Assembly (NCBI RefSeq): GCF_038025025.1
Contig: NW_027117346.1
Span: forward strand, 248,001 to 312,000
Source of the DNA: Phyllosticta citribraziliensis
Taxonomy: Eukaryota
Length of the DNA stretch: 64,000 nt
Direction of reading: 5' to 3'
Shown: in pieces, positions 61,845-64,000 of the stretch
How the letters are laid out: every line of letters starts with the position of its first letter
How positions within the stretch are numbered: the stretch's first letter is position 1
The notes under the pieces: generated by a model
Databases searched by the model: none
What the model saw: only the letters and a program-made list of their open reading frames with translations
Told to the model about the DNA's origin: nothing
Position numbers and translations under genes: made by a program

Positions 61845-64000
61845 ATGGCGGACAACGAGCCCTACGCTGCTGAACAGCAGCAGCAGCAGCAGCACAACTC
61901 CGAGGGCCCCAACTTTGACGAGAAGCAGCAGTATGCCCAGCAGGAAAAGTCCACCAATCTCCCTGGCATCAAGCCCGGCGAGGACGACGAGGAAGACGAG
62001 GACATGGACGCCCTCATTGAGGAGCTCGAATCGCAAGACGCCAACATCGACGCCGAAGAGGAAGACACGCAACAGCCCGGTGGCGCTCGCCCAGTAGCCG
62101 AGGAGCTCCTCCAGACCAGCACCGTCCACGGTCTCACCACCGAAGAGGTGACGCAGCGTAGGAAGAAATTCGGCCTCAACCAGATGAAGGAGGAGAAGGA
62201 GAACCTCGTCCTCAAGTTTCTCATGTACTTTGTCGGCCCCATCCAGTTCGTCATGGAGGTGAGAAATTCTGTTGATCCTTGCGCCCCAAACATTGCGCTG
62301 TTGCTGATGTGGCTACCGCGCTAGGCCGCCGCTATTCTCGCCGCCGGTTTGCAGGATTGGGTCGATTTTGGCGTCATCTGCGCCCTGCTGCTGCTCAACG
62401 CGACTGTCGGTTTCGTTCAGGAATTCCAGGCCGGCTCCATTGTCGACGAACTGAAAAAGACGCTCGCGCTCAAGGCCACCGTGCTGCGCAATGGCACTCT
62501 GCAGGAAGTCGAAGCTCCCGAAGTCGTTCCTGGTGACATTCTGCAGCTCGAGGAGGTAAGCCAACCTTGTTTTTCTGCTCGTGTTGAGATTTCTCACCTC
62601 CCGCTTAGGGCACCATCATCCCTGCCGACGGCCGCATCGTAACCGACGATGCCTTTCTCCAGGTCGACCAGTCTGCCATTACCGGCGAGTCTCTTGCCGT
62701 GGACAAGCACAAGGGTGACACTTGCTACGCGTCGTCGGCCGTCAAGCGCGGCGAGGCCTTCATGGTCGTCGCCGCGACCGGTGACAGCACATTTGTCGGT
62801 CGCGCTGCTTCGCTCGTCGCGTCGGCTTCTTCGGGTACTGGCCACTTTACAGAGGTGCTCAACGGTATCGGCACGGTCCTCCTGATTTTGGTCATTCTCA
62901 CCCTGCTGGTTGTCTGGGTCTCGTCCTTTTACCGTTCCAACCCAATTGTCACCATCCTCGAATTTACCCTCGCCATCACCATCATCGGCGTGCCAGTCGG
63001 TCTGCCGGCCGTCGTCACCACCACCATGGCTGTCGGCGCTGCCTATTTGGCCAAGAAGCAAGCCATTGTTCAGAAGCTTTCGGCCATTGAATCGCTTGCT
63101 GGTGTCGAAATCCTCTGTTCCGACAAGACTGGTACTTTGACCAAGAACAAGCTTTCCCTGGCCGAGCCGTACACTGTTTCTGGAGTCGAGCCCGAAGATC
63201 TCATGCTCACGGCCTGTCTTGCTGCTTCTCGCAAGAAAAAGGGTATTGATGCCATTGACAAGGCGTTCCTGAAATCCCTCAGATTCTACCCTCGCGCCAA
63301 GTCGGTCTTGGCCAAGTACAAGGTTTTGGAGTTCCACCCATTCGATCCCGTCTCAAAGAAGGTTCAGGCCGTTGTCGAGTCTCCGCAGGGAGAGCGCATC
63401 GTCTGTGTCAAGGGTGCCCCGCTCTTCGTCTTGAAGACTGTTGAGGAAGATCACCCGATTCCCGATGCGGTCGACGAGGCCTACAAAAACAAGGTTGCGG
63501 AATTCGCTACCCGCGGTTTCCGTTCGCTCGGTGTTGCCCGTAAGCGCGGCGATAGCTCGTGGGAAATCCTGGGTATCATGCCTTGCTCTGACCCTCCTCG
63601 TCATGACACTGCGCGCACAATTAACGAAGCCAAGACTCTCGGTCTTTCCATCAAGATGTTGACGGGTGATGCCGTCGGTATCGCTCGTGAAACGTCTCGT
63701 CAATTGGGTCTCGGTACCAACGTCTACAACGCGGAGCGTCTTGGTCTTGGCGGCGGTGGTGAGATGCCTGGTTCCGAGGTCTACGACTTTGTCGAAGCCG
63801 CCGACGGATTCGCAGAAGTTTTCCCCCAGCACAAGTACAATGTCGTCGAAATTCTGCAGCAGCGTGGCTATCTGGTTGCCATGACTGGCGATGGTGTCAA
63901 CGATGCGCCTTCGCTGAAAAAGGCTGACACGGGTATCGCCGTCGAGGGCGCCTCTGACGCTGCGCGGTCTGCCGCTGATATCGTCTTCCTTGCTCCTGGT
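61845..64000 (+). CDS. PMA1: Plasma-membrane H+-ATPase (P3A-type), 3'-truncated by the window end
   Basis: ATG 61845; [43 protein letters not shown] (phospho-Asp), [25 protein letters not shown]. Introns at ~62259-62324 and ~62556-62609. Confidence 0.98.

Noticed and set aside
62594..63337. 247-aa minus-strand ORF
   Set aside because: Antisense to PMA1; a codon-bias artefact.
1..64000. tRNA, rRNA, snoRNA genes and intact transposons
   Set aside because: No cloverleaf, rRNA-like segment, transposase or RT motif was recognised by eye; a tRNAscan/Infernal run is needed to exclude small RNAs.

Overview
Eukaryotic genomic DNA from a filamentous ascomycete (Pezizomycotina). The evidence is short GT-AG introns with CTRAC branch points and microsatellite-rich intergenic regions. 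Conserved genes, in order: 3' end of a Cbf1-type bHLH factor; Far11/STRIP (STRIPAK); a secreted GH43 hydrolase; an Spt23/Mga2-type IPT-ankyrin membrane-bound transcription factor; a probable Ebp1-C-domain protein; an XRCC4-like protein; Byr4/Bfa1; a 6-phosphofructo-2-kinase; a DUF202 membrane protein; RNase H1; and the 5' part of the plasma-membrane H+-ATPase PMA1. There are two accessory blocks: about 9-17 kb with orphan and decaying genes, and about 52-59 kb with three tandem paralogs of a caspase/metacaspase-like family plus a small orphan. Best leads: (1) in the caspase-like triplet, two copies keep the His/Cys dyad and the third is an intact ORF with both catalytic positions substituted, suggesting a protease plus pseudo-protease module; (2) RNase H1 has an in-frame, AUU-initiated extension that looks like a mitochondrial presequence; (3) a dense cluster of PacC-type GCCARG sites and a probable 5'-UTR intron lie upstream of PMA1. 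All family assignments come from recognising motifs by eye, not from database searches.
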